From the NCBI GenBank assembly GCA_964630825.1, contig CAZVZR010000006.1, positions 911 to 64,910 on the forward strand: 64,000 bases of DNA, given 5' to 3'. Shown here piece after piece: positions 1-10,685 of the stretch (the stretch's first letter is position 1; every line of letters starts with the position of its first letter). The notes beneath the pieces were generated by a model. The model searched no databases. It saw nothing but the letters and a program-made list of their open reading frames with translations, and was not told the DNA's origin. This DNA comes from an uncultured Planctomycetales bacterium. Its GTDB lineage: Bacteria; Omnitrophota; Gorgyraeia; Zapsychrales; Zapsychraceae. The position numbers and the translations under genes are program-made.

Positions 1-149
1 AAGATGAAAAACACCATCCGGATGTTCATTTGACACAATATCGTAATTTGCGTGTTGGGATAACAACGCATGAAGTGGGTGGGCTTTCTGAGAATGATTT
101 TAACGTAGCTATGAAGATCAATGATCTGCCTGTGGAATTGAAACATTAA
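1..149 (+). CDS. 3' end of a gene that continues upstream of the window (hypothetical protein, C-terminal 48 codons)
   Basis: Frame 3 is open from the window edge to TAA at 147-149 (…GITTHEVGGLSENDFNVAMKINDLPVELKH*). I did not recognise a domain. Confidence 0.3.
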   Translation, partial: DEKHHPDVHLTQYRNLRVGITTHEVGGLSENDFNVAMKINDLPVELKH

Positions 150-187
150 AGGAGTTTTGCGATGGACAACCGAAAGGTAGGAGTAAA

Positions 188-634
188 ATGAAGAAAATAT
201 TTTTTTTAATGTCAGTCATTTTTTTATCTTGTGCCATTTCCATTGAAGCAGAGGCTGCAATTGAGATGAACCAAAACAATGAGGCAGGTTCAAACAGTGA
301 CATTTTAGAAAATGGGAACGCTACTCAAGCAAACACGACGTCAAAAGTTGCTGAGGACAATGACCGTAAAGATGTAAATAACGATTCTACTAATAAATCG
401 GATTTTGATAAACAGGCGGACGGTTCTCTTTCTGTTCATATACAACAAATGCTTTCAAGTAATGTTCAACTATCTGGAAAAGTAGCTAATTTAAAAGTTA
501 TCGCTGTGGATGGACGAGTAACGCTACAGGGGATGGTGAATAGTGAGGAAGAAAGAGCAAGTATCGTTGATCAGGTTGAAAATATGGCGGGAGTAGATAA
601 TGTTGATGATCAAATAAAAATTGAGAGTAAATAA
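188..634 (+). CDS. secreted BON-domain protein (OsmY-like)
   Basis: Good SD (AGGAG) 8 nt upstream. N-terminal signal peptide [24 protein letters not shown]-terminal BON-like motif [41 protein letters not shown]. Confidence 0.6.
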   Translation: MKKIFFLMSVIFLSCAISIEAEAAIEMNQNNEAGSNSDILENGNATQANTTSKVAEDNDRKDVNNDSTNKSDFDKQADGSLSVHIQQMLSSNVQLSGKVANLKVIAVDGRVTLQGMVNSEEERASIVDQVENMAGVDNVDDQIKIESK

Positions 635-648
635 GAGGACTCCATAAC

Positions 649-1473
649 ATGAACACGATTACTACCAAAGATAGCACACAAATCTACTACAAAGACTGGG
701 GTTCGGGTCAGCCCGTCTTATTTAGTCACGGATGGCCACTCAGTTCGGACAGTTGGGAGGCTCAAATGCTTTTTTTGGCCTCCAATGGTTATCGCTGCAT
801 TGCTCATGATCGTCGCGGCCACGGCCGGTCCAGCCAGCCGTGGAATGGTAATGATATGAATACTTATGCTGATGACCTTGCCACTTTAATGGATACGTTA
901 GATTTGAAAAACGCCGTCTTAATCGGCTTTTCCGCCGGCGGCGGTGAAGTCGCTCGTTATATTGGCCGCCATGGGACGAAGCGTGTGGCTAAAGCCGTGT
1001 TGGTTGCAGCCGTGCCACCGCTTATGCTAAAGACCGCAGCCAATCCCAGTGGCTTGCCAATCGAAGTGTTCGACGGCATTCGCGATAACTCAATTGCTGA
1101 TCGTTCCAAAATGTATAAGGATATTGCCAGTGGGCCATTTTTTGGTTTTAACCGGCCGGGCGCAAAAATTTCTCAGGGTATGATTGATTGGTTTTGGCTG
1201 CAAGGGATGAAAGCCGGCCACAAGAATACTTTCGATTGCATCAAAGCGTTCTCTGAGACGGACTTTACCGAGGACCTTAAAAAATTTGATGTGCCGACCT
1301 TGATCATCCACGGTGACGACGACCAGATAGTACCGATCGGCGCTTCAGGCCTGGCCTCCTCGAAACTCGTCAAGAATTCAACCTTGAAAGTATATAAAGG
1401 TGCACCACATGGTTTGGCCGACACGCACAAGGAACAACTCAACACCGATCTTTTAGCTTTTCTTAAAATTTAA
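649..1473 (+). CDS. alpha/beta hydrolase, non-heme haloperoxidase / arylesterase family
   Basis: Strong family-level similarity (…[28 protein letters not shown]…). Nucleophile elbow GFSAGG. C-terminal [11 protein letters not shown] and GAPHGL motifs. Confidence 0.85.
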   Translation: MNTITTKDSTQIYYKDWGSGQPVLFSHGWPLSSDSWEAQMLFLASNGYRCIAHDRRGHGRSSQPWNGNDMNTYADDLATLMDTLDLKNAVLIGFSAGGGEVARYIGRHGTKRVAKAVLVAAVPPLMLKTAANPSGLPIEVFDGIRDNSIADRSKMYKDIASGPFFGFNRPGAKISQGMIDWFWLQGMKAGHKNTFDCIKAFSETDFTEDLKKFDVPTLIIHGDDDQIVPIGASGLASSKLVKNSTLKVYKGAPHGLADTHKEQLNTDLLAFLKI

Positions 1474-1532
1474 GGCATTTTATTTTTAAAATACATTACG
1501 ATTTTTAATAGGTTATCAAAAAGGAGCACTAC

Positions 1533-2063
1533 ATGACTACAACTACAATGACTGACGAACAAAAGAAACTGCAGGATCGCATGAAGGAATATTCAACACC
1601 AAATAAAAATCATGATGTGCTCAAGTCTTTCGTTGGAAACTGGAAGGCAAATGTTAAAGTATTGATGGATCCGAAGGGTCCACAGGAATTTGAAGGGACA
1701 AGTCAATCTAAGATGATTATGGACGGACGTTTTATTGAACAAACGTTTCATGCAACGATGATGGGACAGCCTTATGAAGGGCGAGGCATTTGGGGTTATA
1801 ACAATTTGCGTAAAGAGTATTCTGGTTTATGGATTGACAATAAGTCAACCGGTACGATGGTGAGTTTTGGAAAATATGATTCTGCCTCTAAAACTTTAAC
1901 TGAAGAGGGTACGATGTCCTGCCCAGGTTCCGAAGAAACTAATGGGTGGTACAAGGCAGTTACGATATTGAAGGATGCTAATCATTACACTTATGAATCC
2001 TATAGGAAGGATAAGGACGGCAAGGAACTTAAAACTATGAGCATAACCTATACACGATCTTAA
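1533..2063 (+). CDS. DUF1579-like small protein
   Basis: Around 176 aa, soluble. Pattern …FVGNWKANVKVLM…GRFIEQTFHATMMGQPYEGRGIWGYN… is reminiscent of DUF1579. Family assignment is tentative. Confidence 0.4.
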   Translation: MTTTTMTDEQKKLQDRMKEYSTPNKNHDVLKSFVGNWKANVKVLMDPKGPQEFEGTSQSKMIMDGRFIEQTFHATMMGQPYEGRGIWGYNNLRKEYSGLWIDNKSTGTMVSFGKYDSASKTLTEEGTMSCPGSEETNGWYKAVTILKDANHYTYESYRKDKDGKELKTMSITYTRS

Positions 2064-2076
2064 GAGGAGGCGGTAA

Positions 2077-2574
2077 ATGGCCAGTAATACTCAAATTCAA
2101 AATAATGTATTAACTATTACCCGTATTTTTGATGCGCCTCAAGAGTCCGTGTGGAAAGCGTGGACCGAACCAGAACGGGTCATGCGCTGGTGGGGCCCAA
2201 AGATTTTTACTTCACCGTCATGTAAAATTGATTTTCGTGTTGGCGGCAAATATCTTTTCTGTATGCGCTCAGACAGTGGGCCTGAGGCGTGGCAAAAAGG
2301 AATCTGGAGTACGGGAGTATATAAAGAAATCATACCGATTGAAAAGATTGTTTATACGGACAGTTTTGCCGATGAAGAGGGCCATGTTGTGCCGCCCGCG
2401 CATTACGGAATGAATAATTTTCCAGCAGAAATGGCTGTGACACTAACCTTTGAAAAAGTAGATGGCGATAAAACCAAAATGACCTTGCAACAAGTCAGCT
2501 TACCCAGCGAGATGATGGAGGAGTGTCAGGTCGGCTGGAACGAATCCTTTGATAAACTTAATGAAAGTTTATAA
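2077..2574 (+). CDS. SRPBCC-superfamily protein, AHSA1 (activator of Hsp90 ATPase)-like domain
   Basis: LTITRIFDAPQESVWKAWTEPERVMRWWGP… is typical of the AHSA1/SRPBCC fold. RBS GAGGAGG upstream. Confidence 0.65.
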   Translation: MASNTQIQNNVLTITRIFDAPQESVWKAWTEPERVMRWWGPKIFTSPSCKIDFRVGGKYLFCMRSDSGPEAWQKGIWSTGVYKEIIPIEKIVYTDSFADEEGHVVPPAHYGMNNFPAEMAVTLTFEKVDGDKTKMTLQQVSLPSEMMEECQVGWNESFDKLNESL

Positions 2575-2642
2575 AGTTTTATATCTTGTCTCATTAAACA
2601 GGTTCTAACCTTCTTGAGCCAGCGACCCCAGATTAGACGATG

Positions 2643-2676
2643 AAGCCCTTTTGCTAACAAGTGAAAGGGCTTTTTG
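2643..2676 (+). terminator. rho-independent terminator hairpin
   Basis: 9-bp stem AAGCCCTTT/AAAGGGCTT (2643-2651 / 2664-2672) with a 12-nt loop, followed by TTTTT. The ORF-track start at 2674 lies inside it. Confidence 0.6.
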
Positions 2677-2718
2677 CAGGTCAAAAAAGATGAAACAAGA
2701 GAAACCCAGAAAAATGTT

Positions 2719-3537
2719 ATGAGCAATTCCGATACCGATAAAGTTTTCAGTGGTTCGATTTCAAAGCTTTACGAAACGTACCTAGTCCCGCTGATTTTTG
2801 AGTCCTACGCCATGGATTTGGTCAATCGGTTAGCTTCGAGATCTGTCACTCGCGTACTTGAAATTGCCGCCGGTACAGGTGTGGTGACGCGTGCCTTAAC
2901 GTCTGCGCTGCCTGAACACGTTTCTATTGTCGCCACGGATTTGAATCAGCCGATGCTGGACTATGCTTGCGCGATTGGCACCAAGCGACAGGTCGAGTGG
3001 CGTCAGGCGGATGCGATGCAGCTACCTTTTGGAGACAGAACGTTTGATACGGTTGTATGTCAATTTGGAGTGATGTTTTTCCCTGACAAGTCTAAAGCAT
3101 TTTCAGAGGTACGGCGAGTACTCAAGCCGGGAGGTATTTTCATTTTCAACGTCTGGGATCGGATTGAGGAGAACGAATTTGCTCATACCGTGACGATGGC
3201 ACTCGAACCTCTTTTTCCTAAGGATCCGCCGCGCTTCCTCGCGCGCACGCCCCACGGTTACTTCGACCAGGCGATTATTAAACGGGACCTGGCCAGTGGC
3301 GGATTTATTACATCACCCCAAATTACTACAGTTGCGGCGCGCAGTCGGGCAAAATCTTCCAGGATTCCAGCAATCGCCTACTGTCAAGGGACTCCATTAC
3401 GCAACGAGATTGAAGCGCGCGATGCTTCGCGGCTCAGCGATGCAACCGACGTCGCGACGGAAGCAATCGCCCAACGGTTCGGGCGAGGGGAAGTGGACGG
3501 CAAAATACAGGCACACATTGTCACCATTGATAATTAA
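2719..3537 (+). CDS. class I SAM-dependent methyltransferase (Methyltransf_11-like)
   Basis: SAM motif I LEIAAGTGVVT, acidic motif II VATDLNQ, and VLKPGGIFIF. First in-frame ATG is 2719; the track start 2674 is a TTG inside the upstream terminator. Confidence 0.8.
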   Translation: MSNSDTDKVFSGSISKLYETYLVPLIFESYAMDLVNRLASRSVTRVLEIAAGTGVVTRALTSALPEHVSIVATDLNQPMLDYACAIGTKRQVEWRQADAMQLPFGDRTFDTVVCQFGVMFFPDKSKAFSEVRRVLKPGGIFIFNVWDRIEENEFAHTVTMALEPLFPKDPPRFLARTPHGYFDQAIIKRDLASGGFITSPQITTVAARSRAKSSRIPAIAYCQGTPLRNEIEARDASRLSDATDVATEAIAQRFGRGEVDGKIQAHIVTIDN

Positions 3538-3580
3538 AATCATTTGCACGTAGAGTTATAAGCCAGCGACTCCATAATAA

Positions 3581-3617
3581 AACCCTTGTAACTTTTCAGT
3601 TACAAGGGTTCTTTCTT
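3581..3617. terminator. bidirectional rho-independent terminator between convergent genes
   Basis: 13-bp perfect stem AACCCTTGTAACT/AGTTACAAGGGTT (3581-3593 / 3598-3610) with loop TTTC, flanked by T-runs on both strands. Confidence 0.65.
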
Positions 3618-3646
3618 GACTTAACTTTTTAAATCCAATGGCGTTT

Positions 3647-5032
3647 TTAGGTAAACGCGCTCATGCCGGTGATCGCGCGGCCCACGACCAAACTGTTAAT
3701 CTGTTTTGTTCCCTCGTAGGAATACAAAGCTTCCGCATCGGCGAGGAAGCGGCCCACATTATGTGAAAGCAGGATGCCGTTTCCGCCCATCAATTCTCGG
3801 GACATGCTTGTGATTTGTCGGCAACTGACCGTACAAAATATTTTAGCGAGAGATGCTTGTTCATCGGAAATTTTCCCCAAGTCTTGCAATTGGCTCAAAC
3901 GCACAACCATGCATTGCATCGCCGTAAGTTGAGAGAGCATCTGTGCCAACATGTCTTGAGTCATTTGAAAGCCGGCTATTGGCCGTCCGAACTGCTCGCG
4001 CTTCATCGTATACGCCAACGTATTTTCATACGCGCCTTTGGCACAGCCAACGGCTTGCCAGGCGACTCCAGCGCGCGTTTTTTTAAGAACATAGGCGGTG
4101 TCTTTAAAGGAGTTTCCTTTTTGAAGGCGCCGTTCTTCCTTTACTTTACAGTCCTTCAGTGTGATGATCGCATTCTGAACAGTGCGCAGGGATAGTTTGT
4201 GTTCAATCTTTTCAGTCGTTAAACCCGGTGTTTCACGGTCGAGGATAAAGCCTTTGACTTGGTGATCATCTTCATCTTTCGCCCAAAGGATAATATAGTC
4301 GGCAAATGTCGCATTCCCGATCCACTTTTTTTGCCCATTAATTGTCCATGTATCGCCGTTACGTTTGCAGGTTGTTTTTAAGCCCATCGAAGCAGCCGAT
4401 CCCACGTCGGGTTCAGTGAGGCCGAAGGCCCCGATTTTGTCCATGGCGATCATCGGAGGTAAAAACTTTTGCCGTTGTTCATCGGACCCGCACAAGTCGA
4501 TCGAATTCATCGCCAGCCCACAATGAACGCCCCAAAAAGTACAGATGGAGGTGTCGGTCCGAGCGATTTCTTCACCGATCATTCCTTCCAATAAATACGA
4601 TCGCCCCTGGCCACCCACCGATTTATCGAATGTTAACCCTGAGATATTTAATTTTTTAAGGCCATTGATAATTTGAAAGGGGAATTCTGCTTTGCTCCAA
4701 TATTCATTGGCTATGGGCGCCACTTCGGCCAGCATGAATTCACGGACCTTGCCCAGAAGTTTTTGGTCCTCATCCGGCAACAAACCTCGAATGTCGTAAA
4801 AGTCACAATTAATCGGCGGAAATTTCGGATTTTTGCGTTTTTTGATTTTCCGTGCCTGATCCAAAAGTAAAAGAAGGCTCTCGGAGTCCATTTCTTTTAA
4901 AAATGAAAGAATGTGGGGAAGGCTGGCGAGTTTGACCAGGTCTCCTTTGAAATGTTTTTCTGCTCCCTCATAAGAACGTTTTAAATTTTCAGAAAAGGTA
5001 TCCCAGAAATTTTCCAATTTAGCTCCCGTCAT
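3647..5032 (-). CDS. acyl-CoA dehydrogenase family protein with an ~80-aa N-terminal extension
   Basis: Full ACAD architecture. C-terminal catalytic-base region ALYSYEGTKQINSLVVGRAITG. FAD/substrate motifs. Confidence 0.85.
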   Translation of the reverse strand: MTGAKLENFWDTFSENLKRSYEGAEKHFKGDLVKLASLPHILSFLKEMDSESLLLLLDQARKIKKRKNPKFPPINCDFYDIRGLLPDEDQKLLGKVREFMLAEVAPIANEYWSKAEFPFQIINGLKKLNISGLTFDKSVGGQGRSYLLEGMIGEEIARTDTSICTFWGVHCGLAMNSIDLCGSDEQRQKFLPPMIAMDKIGAFGLTEPDVGSAASMGLKTTCKRNGDTWTINGQKKWIGNATFADYIILWAKDEDDHQVKGFILDRETPGLTTEKIEHKLSLRTVQNAIITLKDCKVKEERRLQKGNSFKDTAYVLKKTRAGVAWQAVGCAKGAYENTLAYTMKREQFGRPIAGFQMTQDMLAQMLSQLTAMQCMVVRLSQLQDLGKISDEQASLAKIFCTVSCRQITSMSRELMGGNGILLSHNVGRFLADAEALYSYEGTKQINSLVVGRAITGMSAFT

Positions 5033-5058
5033 TTTTCCACATTTCCTATTAGAAGGAA

Positions 5059-5094
5059 ATGACGAGGCTCGTCATGTACCTATGGTACATGACG
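5059..5094. promoter_or_regulatory. putative operator: nested inverted repeats with four TGACG/CGTCA half-sites in the acyl-CoA dehydrogenase promoter
   Basis: ATGACGAG-g-CTCGTCAT (5059-5075) overlaps the 11-bp-arm palindrome CGTCATGTACC-tat-GGTACATGACG (5070-5094), 25-65 nt upstream of the minus-strand ATG at 5032. Confidence 0.4.
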
Positions 5095-5360
5095 GCCTTA
5101 TTGGTTAGGAAAAGTTAAAATCGTTAGCACAAACGCTTATATATCTTCTTTTTATTAGTGTAAATTGTGTTACGATTGGGCGCAATCTTTACTTGCACTT
5201 TATTGCGATCGTTATTATCTAATCCCTAATCTCATTTGCCGGCCACATCTGATGATAAGCGAGCGGTCAGTGGGAAGAATTTCTTTTTGGTCATTATGAG
5301 GCTACGTAGTAGAATAGGCATACCATTACCGAGCCGCCCTAAAATGTTTCGATAGATCAC

Positions 5361-6161
5361 ATGAAAAATACAGAAACCGTTAAAATAAGAGTCATGACGT
5401 ATAATGTTCATAGCTGCCGGGGATTGGACGGAAGAGTGCTTCCTCAGCGGATTGCCGAAGTCATTGAGCAATTCAATCCTGACTTGGTTGCGTTACAGGA
5501 ACTGGATGTGAATCGAAGAGGGAGCAATAGGATGGACCAGCCTCTTTTAATCGCGCAACACCTGCGCATGCAATGCCATTTTCAGCCGGCAATCGCCCTC
5601 GAAGGGGAACATTATGGTATTGCGATTTTGAGCCGCTATCCTTTTGAAATTAAAAAATCAGGGGATTTGTCAAGTCACCTTCCCAAAGCTGCATTGAAGA
5701 GAAATTCTCTTCCTCTGTTAAAATATTTTTTTGAACCCCGGCATGCTATATGGGCTTTGGTTACAGTTGGCGGGAGGGAAATCTATTTTATCAACACCCA
5801 TCTTAGCTTACGGCCCCGGGAACGTTTGGAGCAAGTAAAAAGTCTTTTGGGCCAGGAATGGTGTAATATGGATGCGCATAAAGTGCCAACCATTTTTTGC
5901 GGTGATTTTAATGAAGGCCCGCGTTCTCGTGGCTACCGTTTGCTTAAAACATCCTTTAGCGAGGTTAAATCTTTCATGAACTATAAAAGTTCTAGAAAAA
6001 CACTATTCAGTTGCTTGCCTCTTCTTGAAATAGACCACATATTTTTTAAGGGGGACCTTCGCGTCGAATCGGTCAATGTCCCGGCGACAGCTTTAACAAG
6101 AATCGCTTCCGATCATCTGCCGGTTATTGCCGATTTTTTTATTAATCGAGGTCATTTATAA
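5361..6161 (+). CDS. endonuclease/exonuclease/phosphatase (EEP) family protein (YbhP-like)
   Basis: MTYNVHSCRGLDGR…DLVALQELD is the N-terminal EEP motif. Conserved C-terminal SDHLPV. Its stop overlaps the cls start (TAATG). Confidence 0.8.
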   Translation: MKNTETVKIRVMTYNVHSCRGLDGRVLPQRIAEVIEQFNPDLVALQELDVNRRGSNRMDQPLLIAQHLRMQCHFQPAIALEGEHYGIAILSRYPFEIKKSGDLSSHLPKAALKRNSLPLLKYFFEPRHAIWALVTVGGREIYFINTHLSLRPRERLEQVKSLLGQEWCNMDAHKVPTIFCGDFNEGPRSRGYRLLKTSFSEVKSFMNYKSSRKTLFSCLPLLEIDHIFFKGDLRVESVNVPATALTRIASDHLPVIADFFINRGHL

Positions 6162-7627
6162 TGGAAATCCTTCCTTTATTCATCATTGCTTTTCAGATTT
6201 ATATCGTCTTTACGGTTATTGTGCTTTTATTGGATAATCGGGAACCATCGGAGACATTTGCCTGGATTTTTGTTTTTATCCTTTTTCCGGGATTTGGTTT
6301 TGTTCTTTATTTGTTTACGGGCCGCAATTGGAAAAGAAGCTACGATCAAAAAAGAAAACTTCCACAATATATTGCAAAAAATCTTCTCGCATTGTTTAAA
6401 CCAATCGATGAGGTACAAGAGAAGTTTGTCAAGTCGATGACAAGCCAATCGAATTTATACCTCGATGATTTGATGACGCTTTTATACCGAAATTCCAAAT
6501 CCTTGTTAACCTTAAACAATAAAGTTAAGGTTTATCATCGGGGAAAAGAAAAGTTTGAAGATCTATTAAGCGATATTAAGGCGGCGAAAAATTTTATCCA
6601 TCTGCAGTATTTTATCTGGTATTCCAATGATGCTTTGGGAAAAAAATTAAAAGAACTGCTCATTGAAAAAGCCAAAGAAGGGGTTGAGGTTAAGATCCTT
6701 TACGATTATTCCGGCTGCTTGTTGACGTTAGGGCGCGGTTATATCCGATCATTGCGCAAAGCCGGCATCCTGATTTATCCATTTTTTAATTATATTTCTG
6801 CTTTTAAAATGCATACGTTTAATTATCGAAATCATCGCAAGATCGCCGTGATCGACGGCAAAATTGCTTATACGGGCGGCATGAATGTCGGCCAGGAGTA
6901 TATTGATGGGGGAAAGAGGTATAAGTCTTGGCGGGATACGCACATGAGATTTGAAGGGGATGCTGTCAACATCCTCCAGGCGATTTTTGCGATCGATTGG
7001 TATAATACCGTGCCTAAAGAAGATATTTTTGAGAAGAAATATTTTCCAACGCTGCCTGAAAAGTTTGAATTAACCGGAGATCTTCCGGTGCAATTCCCGA
7101 CATCCGGATATGATTCTCCCTGGCCAGCGATCATGCATTTATATTTTGCCTTTATTACCTTGGCTCAGAAAAATATTACTATTGTTTCGCCATATTTCAT
7201 TCCTGATGCAAGTTTACTAGTGGCCCTTAAAACAGCAGCAATGCGGGGTATCAAAGTGACCGTGCTAATGGCCGGTGTTTACGATAATCCTATACCCTAT
7301 TGGGCCGCATTTTCTTATTTTGAAGAACTGCTCAAGTCAGGGGTAAGGATATTTCAATACCAAAAAGGATTTATGCATGCCAAGATTTTATCCTGTGATG
7401 GCCGAATGTGTTCGATGGGGACAGCCAATTTTGACATTAGAAGCTTGAAGTTAAATTACGAGGTTAATGCAGTGTTCTATGACGAAAAACTGACTAAGGA
7501 AACAGATCAGCAAATTTCCAAAGACTTAGAGGGCTCAAGGGAAGTCACGTTGGCGGATTTTAAGAAAATTTCATTATTGGTCCGTCTTAGAAATTCCCTG
7601 GTGAGGCTTTTTTCCGCTTTACTTTAG
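6161..7627 (+). CDS. cls: cardiolipin synthase (phospholipase D family, two HKD motifs)
   Basis: Two N-terminal TM helices. HKD-1 is [23 protein letters not shown] and HKD-2 is [23 protein letters not shown]. Confidence 0.9.
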   Translation: MEILPLFIIAFQIYIVFTVIVLLLDNREPSETFAWIFVFILFPGFGFVLYLFTGRNWKRSYDQKRKLPQYIAKNLLALFKPIDEVQEKFVKSMTSQSNLYLDDLMTLLYRNSKSLLTLNNKVKVYHRGKEKFEDLLSDIKAAKNFIHLQYFIWYSNDALGKKLKELLIEKAKEGVEVKILYDYSGCLLTLGRGYIRSLRKAGILIYPFFNYISAFKMHTFNYRNHRKIAVIDGKIAYTGGMNVGQEYIDGGKRYKSWRDTHMRFEGDAVNILQAIFAIDWYNTVPKEDIFEKKYFPTLPEKFELTGDLPVQFPTSGYDSPWPAIMHLYFAFITLAQKNITIVSPYFIPDASLLVALKTAAMRGIKVTVLMAGVYDNPIPYWAAFSYFEELLKSGVRIFQYQKGFMHAKILSCDGRMCSMGTANFDIRSLKLNYEVNAVFYDEKLTKETDQQISKDLEGSREVTLADFKKISLLVRLRNSLVRLFSALL

Positions 7628-7688
7628 AATAATAGGGACAGAGCCCTATTACTCAGCACACACTTCAAGTAATGGAGGAATTCAGAAT

Positions 7689-8090
7689 ATGGAAATCAAA
7701 AGAAGTGGCTCACAGCCTTCAACCAAAGGATCGGCTGAGTATTTTACCGGCACGGTGCGCGTTGATCCGTTGTTTCAAGTAAAAGATCCCGCACGGGCGG
7801 TGGGAAACAGTGTTACCTTTGAGCCCGGCGCTCGGACAGCCTGGCATACCCACCCATTGGGTCAGACTTTGATCGTAATCGCAGGTTTAGGGCGGGCGCA
7901 GCGTTGGGGAGGCCCCATCGAAGAAATCCGGCCGGGCGATGTAATTTACTTTGCACCGGATGAAAAGCATTGGCATGGCGCGACACCAACCACGGCCATG
8001 ACGCACATCGCCATTCAAGAACAGCTCGATGGCAAAGCGGTTGATTGGCTGGAAAAAGTCACCGACGAGCAATACGGGCGTGAAAATTGA
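7689..8090 (+). CDS. cupin-domain protein
   Basis: Cupin_2-like motifs G(x)5HxH…: [26 protein letters not shown]…[14 protein letters not shown]. Confidence 0.7.
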   Translation: MEIKRSGSQPSTKGSAEYFTGTVRVDPLFQVKDPARAVGNSVTFEPGARTAWHTHPLGQTLIVIAGLGRAQRWGGPIEEIRPGDVIYFAPDEKHWHGATPTTAMTHIAIQEQLDGKAVDWLEKVTDEQYGREN

Positions 8091-8114
8091 GATGTTTTGT
8101 TAACATGGCATCCG

Positions 8115-9527
8115 ATGTTATTTAATTCGTATATCTTCATATTCGTTTTTCTCCCTGTAACATTTTTTCTTTTTTATCTTTTTTCAAAATATAAGAAATT
8201 TTCCATGGCGAGATCTGTGCTTCTTGTCGCCTCCTGGATATTTTATATTTTCTGGAGCTGGAAGTTTTTTCTTTTATTTTTGGCAAGTGTGGTTGCCAAT
8301 TATTGGATCAGTGTCGGTGTGCAAAAGCGCCCCGACAAATGGCTTTTTACTTTGGGAATGGCCATTAATCTTGGACTTTTGTTTCTTTTTAAATACGTTA
8401 CCTTCGAGAATTCAGAATATATCCGTTCACTCTTAAGTAAATTCCACTTGAACTGGCATTTAGAGAATATTGTTTTACCATTAGGAATTTCTTTTTATAC
8501 TATCTCCAAGATCACCTACCTGGTTGACTCTTATAAAGGACACATTAGAACTCCTGCGTTCAGAGACTATGCCCTTTTTGTGAGTTTCTTTCCGCATCTT
8601 ATTGCCGGCCCCATTCTTTATCATAAGGAGATCATTCCTCAATTCTATAAGCGTGAAACTTATTATTTCAATTATCAAAATATCAGTATGGGTCTCTTTA
8701 TCTTTATTGTCGGGCTTAATAAAAAGGTGATCATTGCTGATTGGTTAGGGACGTGGGTGCGGCCAGTCTTCGGTAACCCCTTCCAATTGGGATTTGTAGA
8801 AACCTGGGGAGGCTCCATAGCTTTTGCATTTCAATTGTATTTTGATTTTTCAGGGTATTCAGATATGGCGTCTGGTTTAGCCAAAATGTTCAATATCGAA
8901 TTTCCGATAAACTTTAATGCGCCTTATCAATCGGCCAATTTTATTGAGTTTTGGCGGCGTTGGCACATGTCGCTTTCTCAATTCTTGCGTAATTACATTT
9001 ATATTCCATTGGGAGGGAATCGTAAGGGGGAGCTGCGGCAATATTTTAATGTCATGGCCACTATGTTGATTGCCGGATTTTGGCATGGGGCCGGATGGCA
9101 TTTCCTGCTATGGGGAGGGCTCCACGGATTTTTTATCTGTTTTAATCATTGGTGGGAAAAACATGTCAGGGTCCCTGTGTATAAACCTTTGGCCATTTTT
9201 ATCACCTTTATCTGTACGGTTTTTACGTGGGCCTTTTTTAAAGTCCACAGCTCTTGGGATGTCGTCCATTTTATAAAAGGCATGTCGATGCAAAAAGGTT
9301 TTTATAATATCCATAAAGATCTCTTCCCTAACGCTGGCATACGTTATTTGACTTTTTTAGCGTTATACATTTTCATTCAATTGACTCCTGAGCTTTCCGA
9401 CGCCATCAGGGCGAAATTTTCTAAATCCGTATTACATTGGAGTTGGGGGATCGGGGCGGGCATTATATTTGCCCTCGCCTTGTTTTTTATAACCACAAGA
9501 AGCGAATTTTTATATTTTCAGTTTTAA
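8115..9527 (+). CDS. MBOAT-family membrane-bound O-acyltransferase (AlgI/DltB/PatA-like)
   Basis: At least 9 TM segments. MBOAT signatures WRRWHMSLSQFLRNYIYIPLGGNR and FWHGAGWHF with the invariant His. The track start 8097 is TTG; the first ATG is at 8115. Confidence 0.85.
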   Translation: MLFNSYIFIFVFLPVTFFLFYLFSKYKKFSMARSVLLVASWIFYIFWSWKFFLLFLASVVANYWISVGVQKRPDKWLFTLGMAINLGLLFLFKYVTFENSEYIRSLLSKFHLNWHLENIVLPLGISFYTISKITYLVDSYKGHIRTPAFRDYALFVSFFPHLIAGPILYHKEIIPQFYKRETYYFNYQNISMGLFIFIVGLNKKVIIADWLGTWVRPVFGNPFQLGFVETWGGSIAFAFQLYFDFSGYSDMASGLAKMFNIEFPINFNAPYQSANFIEFWRRWHMSLSQFLRNYIYIPLGGNRKGELRQYFNVMATMLIAGFWHGAGWHFLLWGGLHGFFICFNHWWEKHVRVPVYKPLAIFITFICTVFTWAFFKVHSSWDVVHFIKGMSMQKGFYNIHKDLFPNAGIRYLTFLALYIFIQLTPELSDAIRAKFSKSVLHWSWGIGAGIIFALALFFITTRSEFLYFQF

Positions 9528-9537
9528 TTCTTCTTAA

Positions 9538-10671
9538 ATGAAAGAATACCGCCATTTTTTTATAACAACTTGTTTTACTGCTTCTTTTCTTCTGGGAGTA
9601 GTGGCTTCATTTAACCTGCATTACGATTATTCAAAAGTATTTGTCCCGCGTGGTTTTTATTATGAATTTGTCGATATGCTCAACAAGGATAATTATATCT
9701 TCGGGAGGGGGAATATAGACAAGCGTTTTTTAAAAGAAGCCTTGATTAAGACCAATAAGGTCCCGGAAATTGTCTGCCTGGGGAGCAGCCGCATCATGAC
9801 CTTGCATGGAGAAACTTTTTCCAAAGAATTTCTCAATCTGTGGATGGATGGTGCCAGGGTCCGTGATTATCTGGGTTTGCTGGGGATTTATCAATATTAT
9901 CATCATCAATTTCCTCAACATGTGATTTTGAGCGTAGAACCTTGGTTTTTTAATCCGACGGCGAGAAACACGCTTTGGGCGCCACTCAAAGTTTACGCGC
10001 AAGATTTCTTAAGGCAGCCAAGTCTTTTTAAGGATTCTGTTTCTTGGTGGGATCAATTCAATCTCTTTATTCGCTGGATACCGTTTAGAAAGCTTTCTTT
10101 GTTGATCAATATTGATAATACTTATGCAAATTACAAAGATTTTATAAAAGGCCTTCCCTATCAGGGAATGAAGGAATTTCTTATATCAACAACAATTCCA
10201 TCGGGCCTGGGAGGGGCCAACGGCAATTTATATTTTCCGGACGGATCGGCAAAAACTATTTCTCGGGGAGGAGAGCCGTCTGTGGAAGATGTGGAGAAAA
10301 TGGCCCAAGGGGAGATCGTCAAGAATACGATGTATCAGGTAGAAGATTTTAATGATGTCGATAGGGTCGCCCTAGAGGAATTTAAAGCGCTCATTAATAA
10401 GCTGCAAAACAATGGTACAAAAGTTTACTTTTATTTCCCCCCTTATCACCCATTAATTTATAATCATATTTACAATACAGACAAATATGAGAAAGTGATC
10501 GTCATGGAAATGAATCTTTTTGATTTTGCTTATCAGAAAAAAATTCCTATCATTGGAAATTATGATCCTGCTATTGTCAAATGGGGAAAAGAAGCATTTT
10601 TTGATGAAACTCATCCGCGAGAGGAATATCTTAATAAATTGTTTTCTGAGAAAATTCATCTTTTTAACTGA
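9538..10671 (+). CDS. MBOAT-partner protein, SGNH-like fold (DltD/AlgJ/PatB-type O-acyltransferase)
   Basis: N-terminal TM anchor. Block-I-like CLGSSRI. C-terminal D-x-x-H (FFDETHP). Located 10 nt after the MBOAT gene, as is typical of MBOAT/SGNH two-component O-acylation systems. Confidence 0.5.
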   Translation: MKEYRHFFITTCFTASFLLGVVASFNLHYDYSKVFVPRGFYYEFVDMLNKDNYIFGRGNIDKRFLKEALIKTNKVPEIVCLGSSRIMTLHGETFSKEFLNLWMDGARVRDYLGLLGIYQYYHHQFPQHVILSVEPWFFNPTARNTLWAPLKVYAQDFLRQPSLFKDSVSWWDQFNLFIRWIPFRKLSLLINIDNTYANYKDFIKGLPYQGMKEFLISTTIPSGLGGANGNLYFPDGSAKTISRGGEPSVEDVEKMAQGEIVKNTMYQVEDFNDVDRVALEEFKALINKLQNNGTKVYFYFPPYHPLIYNHIYNTDKYEKVIVMEMNLFDFAYQKKIPIIGNYDPAIVKWGKEAFFDETHPREEYLNKLFSEKIHLFN

Positions 10672-10685
10672 TGGATCGTTCCTTC

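Noticed and set aside
118-303. Minus-strand 61-aa ORF overlapping the BON-protein start
   Set aside because: It overlaps the RBS and N-terminus of a gene with good SD and signal peptide. It has no features of its own.
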